Below are positions 20,214-29,676 of a stretch of DNA of 64,000 bases, piece by piece (position 1 is the stretch's first letter; every line of letters begins with the position of its first letter). The notes under the pieces were generated by a model. It did no database searches and was not told where the DNA came from. It was given only the letters and a program-made list of their open reading frames with translations. The stretch is from an uncultured Acidobacteriota bacterium (GTDB taxonomy: Bacteria; Acidobacteriota; Blastocatellia; Pyrinomonadales; Pyrinomonadaceae), in assembly GCA_963770215.1 (NCBI GenBank), contig CAVYOP010000014.1, forward strand, positions 396,940 to 460,939, read 5' to 3'. The translations under genes were made by a program, and so were the position numbers.

Positions 20214-21885
20214 TCACTCGCACGATTGCCGCAGCCACAACTCGAGCATGATGATCTGCCGCAACTGGTGCTCGTTGCAGTCGAGTCCGCGGCAAAGGCG
20301 CTCCAGCCGCGAGCGCACGCTCGTGTGATCAACAAATCCTCGCTCCACTACGTGCAATTGTTTAGCTTCTGCGAGACCGCGCGCCAACGGTCGCAGCGCT
20401 GCCTGCCACGGAGCATTGAACACACCTTTCGATCGACGCTCGCGCAACTTCGCAGGCCAGAAATCCGAGAAAGCCGAACGCATCAATCTTCGCGGCTCGC
20501 CCGGCCGGCAAAGAATATTCGCCGGCACGCTCATCAGGTACTCAACCAACGGGCGATGTCCGAATGGGTGCGTGTAGTCCAGATGTTGTAACGGCTCAGC
20601 GGGCTGTAGCTGCCGTAACTCCAGCATTGTCGCGAGCGTTCGAAAGTGTTTGCGACGCTCCGGCGGCGCTTGCATCCAGGAATTCGAGAAGTAGCTCGCT
20701 GAATCCATGAGACCCGTCCGGTCCTGAAAACCGGTGACCAAAGAAGTCTCGATACTGTGCGGCATATACGAACCATCTGCCGCCGCGTAAATCCTCGTTG
20801 GTGACAATCGCGGCGGGAGTGCAGCCTGAATTCCGCGCCAAAGAATCGGGTAGATAGGAACGCGGAGGAGTTTGCTCCACTCGAGCGCTTCCGCACATGC
20901 ACGCGCAGGACGAAAGCTTCGCAGCGATCTCGCCACCTGGAGACTGTCGTCAAACCAATTCCCCGTCATCAAGTCGCCGGCTTGTCCGGTTAGGACAGTA
21001 TTGGCCTTGAGATCATCCGCGACTGAAGCAATTGCCATCCGCAATGGCTGAAAAGTTTCGGGTGTTGCATTGCCAACTTGCTTTTCGGCGATGATTGGAA
21101 CGTCGTGGGTTGAAATGTACGTCCCTTGAATTCCGCAATGCGATTCGACCTCACGGATGAAAGGCTGGTCCAACGAGTTTTCCCAGACAAAGCTCACACT
21201 GCTGAGTCGCGTTGCCTGCGCCGCGCCTTCTCGCATTAGATCCGTTGCCACGCAAACAACAGACGACGAATCGAGTCCACCGCTTAGTTCGGCAAGAATC
21301 GGCGATTCGCCTTGCAGCCTGACGGCTACCGCTTCGCAAAACAGCGTCCGCAGCTCTTCTTCGTACCGGTGTTGGTTTTGATACTGGATCACGTCACCGA
21401 TGGGCATCGTCCAGAATCGTCTAATCTTTGTTTCACTAGCGGAAACACATACCGCATGGCCTGGAGGGACCGAGAAAATACCTTTGTATGGTGTGCGATT
21501 CGGACAACCGCCGAACGTCAGAAAACCTGCCACAAACTGCTCGTCAAGATCCGAGATGTCGAGTGGCGTCAACTAAAGACTGCAAGCGGTTGGACCACTG
21601 AACTCGTCCGCGTTGCACGTGATAATAAAGAGGACGGACGCCGGCGAAGTCACTTGCAAGCACCGTGGTCCTGTTCTCGTGATCGCGCAGGACTAGACTC
21701 CAATCGCCGATCAGTTGGACCAAACCTTCAGCTCCCCAACGCTCGTAGGTCGCACGCGCGATCGCTGCATCATTTGTCTTGCCTTTCAGCTCGTCTCTCA
21801 AGCGCAACAGCAAGTCGGATCGATTATCCAATCGGCCATCCCAGTGCAGGACTTCGACTCGCATATCGTGTATGTTCGCCAGCAT
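20214..21885 (-). pseudogene. Lasso peptide isopeptide bond-forming cyclase (asparagine synthetase-like, C protein), with one frameshift near 21560.
   Basis: ORF 20214..21572 has the PP-loop AELSGGLDSSSVVCVA. The N-terminal Ntn-like part is in ORF 21544..21954. The likely ATG at 21885 is preceded by AAGGAGG. Confidence 0.8.
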
Positions 21886-21898
21886 CTTCTTTCCTCCT

Positions 21899-22280
21899 TT
21901 AGACCACGTGCAGCGGCAAGAGTCGTTTCTGGTATGCAGATGAGCCGTAAACAACGCGCCCGTTTACTTCGACCCACGCATGAGAGAAAAACGGCGACGG
22001 ACGATAACCGATCACGAGGCGCGCGTTGATGCCATGCCTTCTAAGCAAGCGGACTGTACAGACGGCCCGTTGCAGACACAGCACCGGCTTCCAGTAGAAG
22101 CACGAAGCGAGCAAAACGGCGTCGCAAATCGACTTTTCCAACTCGGCGTCTGCGGCCTTCGCCGCGATAGACTGCTGTTTCAACTGCGACAGAATGCGCC
22201 CCGAGCCCCTGCAACGAAAGGGTCAATTCGTAATGGACGATCTCGTAAAGCGCTCTCAAGACGAGCCCGATCGTTTTCAT
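21899..22280 (-). pseudogene. Lasso peptide biosynthesis B2 protein (transglutaminase-like leader peptidase), with one frameshift near 22199.
   Basis: ORF 21899..22183 contains CLQRAVCTVRLLRRHGINARLVIGY...FFSHAWVEVNGRVV (Cys and His of the catalytic triad). The N-terminus MKTIGLVLRALYEIVHYELTL is in ORF 22041..22280. ATGA overlap with the B1 stop. Confidence 0.8.
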
Positions 22281-22567
22281 CGCGCAACCTCTCTTTTGAT
22301 TAGCGCTTGCTGCTCGAGTGCAGCCAGGAAGTTGATCGTGTGCACGCGTGCAGTTGGTCCAGCTATTTGAAACTCGCTGCTGATTTCCGCGACGATGCCG
22401 TCCAACGAACGTCGTTGTTCGATCCCGCGCCAGATGAGCGCGCCAGTCTTGTTGGAGCTGAACACTCGCCCTTTGCTCGTGTGCAGAATCACAATTCCGT
22501 CGTCGTAAGTGGAAGCAGCAGCTTCAGGGCTCACTGAATAACCAAACTTGCCAACATGGTCCGTCAT
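22277..22567 (-). CDS. PqqD-family RiPP recognition element protein (lasso B1).
   Basis: The sequence from the Met at 22567 (MTDHVGKFGYSVSPEAAAS...VFSSNKTGALIWRGIEQRRSLDGIVAEISSEFQI...) is typical PqqD/RRE in size and pattern. Confidence 0.75.
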   Translation of the reverse strand: MTDHVGKFGYSVSPEAAASTYDDGIVILHTSKGRVFSSNKTGALIWRGIEQRRSLDGIVAEISSEFQIAGPTARVHTINFLAALEQQALIKREVAR

Positions 22568-22754
22568 GCTCAACCTTCCCTTCACCATCAGAATCAACAG
22601 TAAGAAGATAGGCGAGCCGGGCAAAACGGAACACACTGATTACCGTAGATATTAAACAGCGCTTTTCGGCAGTTGGGAGATAACTCGAAAGGGTAATCGT
22701 GAGGTAATCCAAAAGTGAGAGTGGGCTTGGACCAACGAGGCCAAACTATGCCAA

Positions 22755-25745
22755 CTACGACGGCCCGGTGCGAAAGGCTACGCGCCCGGGAACTACCAGA
22801 ATAATGACGGTGCCTGAATCCGCGGAGCTGGCTAAACTGAACTTAGCACCGATGCGTTCAGCACGTTCTCGCATACCGCGCAATCCGAAATGACCTTCCT
22901 TGCCTTTCTCTGCCACTTCGGAATCGATGCCGACTCCGTTGTCGCCGACACGCAGCGTGAGATCGTGGGCATATTCGAGCCTGAGCGCCAAACGGTCACC
23001 GCCCGAGTGCGCACAGGCATTGCGAATCGCTTCATATCCAATTCGGTAGACTTCATCACGAACCACCGGATGTATTTCGCGGGCCTCTCCATCCATGGAA
23101 AACGTGATCTCGGCACTGCTTCCTCTGCCACATTCGTCGATCACGCGGCGAAACGCGTCGGCCAGATCGTTCTTTTCCGTAGTCGAGGCGCGCAACGATA
23201 GCAGTGCGGCGCGTCCTTCTTCAGTCGCCTGGGCCAACCACGTCGATAACTGTTCCATCGCCCGCACCATACGCGTCTGATCCGCGGGGTTCTTCAAAGC
23301 ATGATCCGCGACCAGCTTGCTGCCCTGGACCGTCTGCAACAAGGTGTCATGTAACTCGCGTGCGACGCGAGTGCGCTCGGCGAGGCGCTCGTCAAAACGA
23401 GCGCTAAGCATTCTGGAGATTTGGGCCACGCGCAATCGATAGATGAGGACTACCAGCAAAACACCGAGCGCAACCATCGCCGCGACGAACCAGCGTGTTT
23501 GATAGAAATAAGGTTGCTGCGTGACGCTGAAAACCACGCCCTGCCGGTCCCAGATGCCGCTCCGGTTGCAAGCACGAATATGCAACGCATGTGTCCCGAC
23601 CGGGATATTGCTGTAGATCGCCACCGGATCAGCCGGAGCGTCGAGCCATTCCGAATCAACTCCATCCAGCCGGTATTGCAGACGAATCTTTTCCGGCGCG
23701 GAGACTTCGACCGCCGCAAAATTAATCTCCAGCCGGCTGGTTCCCGGTGGCAGTATGATTTCGCGGCCGGCAGGTTGAGTGTTCCTGCCGATTGTCACGT
23801 CTGTAAGGTAAATCGACGGCTTCGCGTTCGTGACCGCAAGGCGACGAAGGTCGAACATGGCTAAGCCTTTCGGAGTAGCCGCATAAACTTTGCGGTCAGG
23901 AGTCAACGCCAGACAGCGGCCTGGCCCAGTCGCCTCTCGAGTAAACAATCCATCGGCGGTCGAAAACGCTTCGAAATCAAGCGGCTCATCACTCGACCGC
24001 GCCGGAGCAAAATTTCCGGGTTGTACTCTGCCTAGACCATCACCAGCGAGCCAGACTTCTCCTTCATCAGTCTCGACCAGATCACAGGCTGTCAATTGTT
24101 TAATCGTCTCAGCGCGATCTTTATGGAACCGGTGAGTAACTGCCTCCGAATCGACCTCGAGTTGGTAGAAGAGACCGCCGTCCCGATCTTCGCCAAAAGG
24201 AATGACCAACGCTTTGGGAAAAGACGCCTGATTCTCGAAACGATCGCCCGCCAATCGATCGAGTCCCTGTCTACTCCCGATCAAAATGTTTCCAGCTCGA
24301 TCCTCAAACACTCTGACAATCGAATTACCGGAAAGCCCGTCAGCCGTCGTAAAGGTGCGAAACTGTCCATTCTGCAAACGGGTAAGCCCGCCGTATGTGG
24401 CAAACCAAACAACGCCATCGCGCGCGGCGACGATGCTTCTGACTCGATCGTCTGGCAATGCCTGGCCCTTTGAATATTGGGTAAACCTGCCGTCGTGAAA
24501 ACGAAAAGCGCCGCCGCCGGAGGTCCCGATCCAAAGATCGCCATTCAGATCTTCGGCCAGCGACGAAATGCAACTATTGATTAAACCGTCCTTTTCGGTG
24601 TAGGTCCGAAAACGCTGCCCATCAAAATGGGCGATGCCGCCGCAATAAGCGCCGACCCAGAGAGTGCCGTCACGCGCAGTAAGCACGGTCTTGATTAAAT
24701 TGTTAGGCAGTCCATCATCGGTGGTGAACATTCTCACCGCCGGGTCTTTGAATTTGTATAACCCGTCTCCGTTAGTGGCAACCCACAAGTTATCATCGCG
24801 ATCGCTGTAAAGAGCTCGTACTTGCACTCCAGTCAACACTGCTTCAAGCCCTGATGGTGTTGCGCGAAATAGCCCATCTTCTTTTCCGATCCAAATCGTC
24901 CCTTGCGCGTCTTCATGTGCGCGAGACACCGCTTGCCGAATGCCGGCATAAGCTCCAAGCTTCGCGATTCGTCCATTTGCCTCGAGCGCAACGCCCTTCG
25001 CCGTGCCATACCACGTATTACCGTGACGGTCCTTCAGAACGTCGAAGATCTCACTATTCCTTATTCCCAGTTGAGCGGCGAGTCCGGAGTGAGAAATCAG
25101 CTCAGAGCCTGCGAGTTCCATTAAGCCCTGCTCATTCGTCACCAACATATGTCCGTCGGGCGCTTCGACAATCTGACCGGTTCGAATTCGTGGTCCAACA
25201 GCAACGAACTGTTCGTGTTCGTAGCGAAACAATCCATCGCCGGTTCCGACCCACAGGGCACCACTCTTACTGAAGCGAAGGCTCCAGATCGGCGTCGCTT
25301 TGTCGGGGATAGGACGGTAGAAAGTCAAGCGACTGAGTGAAAATTGATTGAAACTAGACGAAGGGATACGTACCAGGCCTTCAGTGTTGCCAACCCAGAG
25401 ATCCCCATCCGGGGCTACGGCCATTGTTGTAACCCGTGGGTTGTTGAAACGGTAGAAATTCCTGCCGTCGAAGCGAACCAGGATTGCGCCATTGAGAATC
25501 AGCCAAAGAAAACCATCTTTAGTTTGCACTGTCTGATCTACCACTAGCGCGGGCAGACCATTGTCGGTGGTGTAGTGGGTGCGGAGCAGACTGCTCGCCG
25601 GCAGGTTTGGATCGAGCGCGCAAACAGGAACACCTGCGAGGAAAACCGCGAGGACAGTGAGCGCTAAACGCCTAATCTTTTTTACAACGTTCACAAAAGC
25701 CGACCTGCCGAGTATCTGGCGAAACTTTATCTCAGGCAGATCCAT
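22755..25745 (-). CDS. Sensor histidine kinase with two-component regulator propeller repeats, Y_Y_Y, TM, HisKA_3 and HATPase domains (intact).
   Basis: 996-aa ORF. Repeated DGxLWVGTxxGL motifs. TM segment WFVAAMVALGVLLVVLIY. H-box ERTRVARELHDTLLQ. GHFGLRGMRERAERIGAKF. Confidence 0.9.
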   Translation of the reverse strand: MDLPEIKFRQILGRSAFVNVVKKIRRLALTVLAVFLAGVPVCALDPNLPASSLLRTHYTTDNGLPALVVDQTVQTKDGFLWLILNGAILVRFDGRNFYRFNNPRVTTMAVAPDGDLWVGNTEGLVRIPSSSFNQFSLSRLTFYRPIPDKATPIWSLRFSKSGALWVGTGDGLFRYEHEQFVAVGPRIRTGQIVEAPDGHMLVTNEQGLMELAGSELISHSGLAAQLGIRNSEIFDVLKDRHGNTWYGTAKGVALEANGRIAKLGAYAGIRQAVSRAHEDAQGTIWIGKEDGLFRATPSGLEAVLTGVQVRALYSDRDDNLWVATNGDGLYKFKDPAVRMFTTDDGLPNNLIKTVLTARDGTLWVGAYCGGIAHFDGQRFRTYTEKDGLINSCISSLAEDLNGDLWIGTSGGGAFRFHDGRFTQYSKGQALPDDRVRSIVAARDGVVWFATYGGLTRLQNGQFRTFTTADGLSGNSIVRVFEDRAGNILIGSRQGLDRLAGDRFENQASFPKALVIPFGEDRDGGLFYQLEVDSEAVTHRFHKDRAETIKQLTACDLVETDEGEVWLAGDGLGRVQPGNFAPARSSDEPLDFEAFSTADGLFTREATGPGRCLALTPDRKVYAATPKGLAMFDLRRLAVTNAKPSIYLTDVTIGRNTQPAGREIILPPGTSRLEINFAAVEVSAPEKIRLQYRLDGVDSEWLDAPADPVAIYSNIPVGTHALHIRACNRSGIWDRQGVVFSVTQQPYFYQTRWFVAAMVALGVLLVVLIYRLRVAQISRMLSARFDERLAERTRVARELHDTLLQTVQGSKLVADHALKNPADQTRMVRAMEQLSTWLAQATEEGRAALLSLRASTTEKNDLADAFRRVIDECGRGSSAEITFSMDGEAREIHPVVRDEVYRIGYEAIRNACAHSGGDRLALRLEYAHDLTLRVGDNGVGIDSEVAEKGKEGHFGLRGMRERAERIGAKFSLASSADSGTVIILVVPGRVAFRTGPS

Positions 25746-25805
25746 CGCGCGCTATCAAACTCTTGAGCAGTGTTACCACAGTTTTCTGTAGGTTTGCCGA
25801 ATCGA

Positions 25806-26435
25806 TCAGAATGGCAACAGCCCGCGACGGGCCGCGATCGTAACCGCATGCGTGCGATCGTTCGCTCCTAACTTGTCGACGATGTTCTTGATATGAAAGT
25901 TGACGGTGTTCTCGGAAATCGACAGTTGATCGGCTATCTGTTTGTTCTTGTAGCCATCGCGGATCAATTGCAGCACCTGCACCTCCCGAGGCGTCAGGTC
26001 TTCTTCACCCAAATGTTCGGCGAGCAGCGCCGCTACCGCCGGCGGAACCTGTCGTTTGCCTGAATGAACCGATCGGATCACTGCCAGCAAGTCGTCCTGT
26101 GGCATGCTCTTGAGAACGTAACCTGCCGCTCCCGAACGCAGTGCACGCTGAATTTCGCCATCGCTGTCGGACGACGACAGCATAATGATTCGCGCGTCAG
26201 GAAACTCTCCGCGAATTGCAATTAGTATGTCGGTGCCGTTAGTGCCGGGAAGGCGCAGATCCATCAGCGTGACGTCCGGGCGATGGCGTCGAAACTCGGC
26301 GATAGCCTCGACTCCGTTAGCCGCCTGAGCGACCAGGACCATGTCCGATTCCGTTTCGATAATTGTGGCGAGACCCTGGCGAAAGACCGGATGATCTTCG
26401 ACGCTCAGGATGCGAATTTGTTTGGAGTGGACCAC
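25806..26435 (-). CDS. NarL/LuxR-family response regulator.
   Basis: 209-aa ORF. Receiver domain (ILSVEDHPVFRQGL, DVTLMDLRLPGTNG). LuxR HTH (LTPREVQVLQLIRDGYKNKQIADQLSISENTVNFHIKNI). Confidence 0.9.
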   Translation of the reverse strand: MVHSKQIRILSVEDHPVFRQGLATIIETESDMVLVAQAANGVEAIAEFRRHRPDVTLMDLRLPGTNGTDILIAIRGEFPDARIIMLSSSDSDGEIQRALRSGAAGYVLKSMPQDDLLAVIRSVHSGKRQVPPAVAALLAEHLGEEDLTPREVQVLQLIRDGYKNKQIADQLSISENTVNFHIKNIVDKLGANDRTHAVTIAARRGLLPF

Positions 26436-26464
26436 GCTGTCCTCCTGGTCTGCGCAGTGTAACG

Positions 26465-28684
26465 TTAAACTGACGCACTTATCACCTTTTCAGCCTTCTT
26501 CTGCCGCGGCTTCTGGCTTTGCGCGCTTTTAACGTCATCGCGTTTCACTGGACTAAACTCGACAGTCTCCAACTCCATCTGTGCGTCGAAACTCTTCTCA
26601 CCTGCAGCCGGCTTGACGCGTACGTACGTGCCGTCGGCGCGCAACTCGCGCGCGTTGACGTTGTCCTTTAAATAAGCCGCCAACACCGTGTCTTTCAACA
26701 CACTCCTTAGCTGTGCGTCTTTGATTGGCGTAAGCACCTCGACGCGCCGGCTAAGGTTCCGATACATCAGATCGGCGCTCCCGATGAACACCTCTTCCTT
26801 TCCGTGGTTCGCGAAATAGAAGATGCGGCTGTGCTCGAGAAACCGCCCGACGATGCTGCGCACCCTGATATTCTCTGACACCTGCGGAACGCCGGGCCGA
26901 AGCATGCAGATTCCGCGGACGATTAGATCGACGGACACGCCGGCCTGCGATGCAGCATAGAGAGCGCGAATCAACGCAATATCAGTAAGGCTGTTGAGCT
27001 TGGCAATGATGCGGCCATCCCGACCAGCTTTAGCGTGCGCCTTTTCGCGTTGAATGAGTTTGATGACTCGCTTTCTCAGATTCAACGGCGCGACGAGCAG
27101 GCAATCATAATCACTGAACTCGGAGTAGCCCGTTAAGGAGTTGAAAAGATTCGTTGCGTCGTCGGCAATCTCATCGTCACATGTAAAAAGCCCGATGTCC
27201 GTATAAATTCGAGACGTGGTCTGATTGTAGTTTCCGGTAGCGAGATGAACGTAACGCCGCAGGATCTTGCCTTCACGCCGCACGACTAATGCGAGCTTGC
27301 AGTGAGTCTTCAGACCCACCATCCCGTAAACCACGTGCACACCTGCTTGTTCCAGTCGCCGCGCCCATTCGATATTGCTCTCTTCGTCGAAGCGGGCCTT
27401 CAACTCTACGAGAGCCGTAACTTGCTTGCCTCTTTCTGCTGCGTCGATCAACGCCTTCACGATTGGAGAGTTGGGACCAGTGCGATACAGGCAGATCTTG
27501 ATGGCGACGACGTTCGGCTCGGAGGCGGCTGAGTTGATGAAATTCGTGACCGTAGAATAAGCAGTGTACGGATGGTGCACGAGCACATCCTGGAACCTGA
27601 TCGCGTCAAAAATGTTCTCATGCCCTCGCAACGCAGCAGGAGTGCTTACCTGCAAAGGCCGGTCTTTTAGTTCCGGCTTGTCGAGATCGTACAACTGCAT
27701 CATGTCCGGAAGATTGAATGGTCCATCGACGGTGTAGACGTCGTCAGCCCTGAGCTCGAGAGACTTCGTCAGGGACGACACCATCTCACGAGGCATACTC
27801 GCAGCGACTTCCAATCGCACCGCATCTCCGAATCTCATGCGCCGCACGTGCTTTTGCATCGTGCGCAGGAGATCGCCGGCTTCATCCTCCTTGATTTCGA
27901 AGTCTGCATCGCGAGTCACCCGGAACAGATGACACTTCCCGGTTCGCATGTTGGGAAACAACATCTCGATGTTGGCGGCAATCAAACTGCCCAAAAATGT
28001 GAACCGGGGTCGCTTATCATCAATCGGGATCAAGCGCGGAACGATTGGCGGAAGCTTGATGCGCGCGAACCTCGCCTCTTTCATCGTCGAGGTTGCGTCT
28101 TTTGTTTTCTTCGAAGGTCCCGGAGAAACCATCACGCCGAGATTCAGACTCAGATTGGACACGTACGGAAACGGATGACCGGGATCGACAGCTTGCGGCG
28201 TCAGGATTGGAAAAACATTCTCGAGAAAATAATCGTTCGCAAACTTTCTCTCGCGCTTGGTGAGATCGCGAAACGAACGGATGATGATCCCGTTTTTCGC
28301 AAGCGCCGGCAGGACCTCTTCCTTCAAACAACGCATTTGCCGTTCGAGCAGCGGACTAAGTCGCGAGCGGATCTCCGTCAACTGATCCAGCGGAGACATA
28401 CCGTCAGGCGACTCTTCAAGAATTTCAGATTCCAGCGCTTCCTGAAGTCCTGAAACACGCACCATGAAGAACTCGTCCAGGTTGGACGAAAAGATCGCGA
28501 GAAACTTGAGCCTTTCCAGCCAGGGATGACGATCGTCGAGTGCTTCCTCCAGGACGCGCCGGTTGAATTCCAGCCAGCTCAATTCCCTGTTTATTAAAAG
28601 GTGTTTCTGGAGGCGAGGATTCCGCGAGAGCTTCGCTTCGTTGGCTTGCTGAGATCCTTTTTGCTTCGCGCGATCGGCAGTCAT
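26465..28684 (-). CDS. ppk1: Polyphosphate kinase 1.
   Basis: 739-aa ORF. N-terminal LINRELSWLEFNRRVLEEA...LKFLAIFSSNLDEFFMVRV and the overall length are typical of PPK1. Confidence 0.9.
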   Translation of the reverse strand: MTADRAKQKGSQQANEAKLSRNPRLQKHLLINRELSWLEFNRRVLEEALDDRHPWLERLKFLAIFSSNLDEFFMVRVSGLQEALESEILEESPDGMSPLDQLTEIRSRLSPLLERQMRCLKEEVLPALAKNGIIIRSFRDLTKRERKFANDYFLENVFPILTPQAVDPGHPFPYVSNLSLNLGVMVSPGPSKKTKDATSTMKEARFARIKLPPIVPRLIPIDDKRPRFTFLGSLIAANIEMLFPNMRTGKCHLFRVTRDADFEIKEDEAGDLLRTMQKHVRRMRFGDAVRLEVAASMPREMVSSLTKSLELRADDVYTVDGPFNLPDMMQLYDLDKPELKDRPLQVSTPAALRGHENIFDAIRFQDVLVHHPYTAYSTVTNFINSAASEPNVVAIKICLYRTGPNSPIVKALIDAAERGKQVTALVELKARFDEESNIEWARRLEQAGVHVVYGMVGLKTHCKLALVVRREGKILRRYVHLATGNYNQTTSRIYTDIGLFTCDDEIADDATNLFNSLTGYSEFSDYDCLLVAPLNLRKRVIKLIQREKAHAKAGRDGRIIAKLNSLTDIALIRALYAASQAGVSVDLIVRGICMLRPGVPQVSENIRVRSIVGRFLEHSRIFYFANHGKEEVFIGSADLMYRNLSRRVEVLTPIKDAQLRSVLKDTVLAAYLKDNVNARELRADGTYVRVKPAAGEKSFDAQMELETVEFSPVKRDDVKSAQSQKPRQKKAEKVISASV

Positions 28685-29676
28685 TACTCCGGTTTGCCCT
28701 CAACGTTCGTTGGCGCTACGACAACTATTGACGTTACCAGGGGGCGGCTCTCGGCATTCAGCCTCTCTCTCAATTTCGCACTGGTGTCATGTGACTCCCA
28801 TTCACACCAGTGGTCGAAAGCCTGGCGTAGATGTTTGGTCCGAAGCTTAACAAAATGGCCTAACAACCACACGAACGCAGCTACCTGCTCGTCGCGTTTA
28901 TGCTTGCGCGCCGCGCGAATCTCGCGGCCAAAACTCTCGATCCAAACATCACAATCGTGCACGTCTCCGAGCGCGGTTTGGATGCGAGCGGAACGTTTGG
29001 CGTAAGTCGCAAGCGAGTTTCGCCAGCACTGTTGAAAAAGCTCTAAGGCATAACGCAGGCGCTTGGCGGCAATCCGCATCTCATGGAGGGTTTCGATTTC
29101 AAAAGGATCGAATAGACCATTACTCAGTTTTTCCAGCTCTTTCAAGCGATCCAAAATTATCGACCGTGACATCTTTCGGAAAGTGAGCTCCGGGTCATCT
29201 GTCGCCGTCGCCTTATCGACCTTTTCACTAAAAGCTGCGTCCAGTTTCTCGAGCTCACTCTGTTCCAGCACTGCGATCAATTCCTCACGTGCCCGTTCAC
29301 GAACTTCTTTTCTAGCGTCGATAAATTCTTTGAGTGCGGGCGACACTTTCGTTGGAGTGTGCGAAGCGATCTTCTCCAGCGCCATGATGGCAACATCTTG
29401 ATCACGTACTTCCCCGAGCGCATCAGCGAGACTCCTTATTTCTTTCTGGATAGACGTGAGGCTCCGCTTGCGAAGGTAAGGCGTGCAATCACGCAACACA
29501 CTGCGCAGCCGGCGGGAAGCGACGCGCATTGAATGGACCCCTTCCGGATCGGACCAATCCAACGCTGCGTCACGCAATTCATACAACTCTTTGAACCTCG
29601 TAAGCAGCACCAGTTTAACGCCGGCGGCAGCAGCGGCGTTGCACTTGATTCCTTTGACTCGTTTTGCTTTTGCCAT
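28684..29676 (-). CDS. CHAD domain-containing protein.
   Basis: 330-aa helical ORF with repeated HxxRxxxKRLR motifs (HSMRVASRRLRSVL, LHEMRIAAKRLRYALELF). Its start and stop each overlap the neighbouring gene by 1 nt. Confidence 0.8.
   Translation of the reverse strand: MAKAKRVKGIKCNAAAAAGVKLVLLTRFKELYELRDAALDWSDPEGVHSMRVASRRLRSVLRDCTPYLRKRSLTSIQKEIRSLADALGEVRDQDVAIMALEKIASHTPTKVSPALKEFIDARKEVRERAREELIAVLEQSELEKLDAAFSEKVDKATATDDPELTFRKMSRSIILDRLKELEKLSNGLFDPFEIETLHEMRIAAKRLRYALELFQQCWRNSLATYAKRSARIQTALGDVHDCDVWIESFGREIRAARKHKRDEQVAAFVWLLGHFVKLRTKHLRQAFDHWCEWESHDTSAKLRERLNAESRPLVTSIVVVAPTNVEGKPE

Noticed and set aside
22568-22754. A second precursor peptide upstream of the B1 gene (ORF 22524..22712, 62 aa).
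   Set aside because: The translation has no YxxP leader motif, no Gly/Asp-Glu ring pattern and no RBS. The candidate downstream of the cyclase fits all three.
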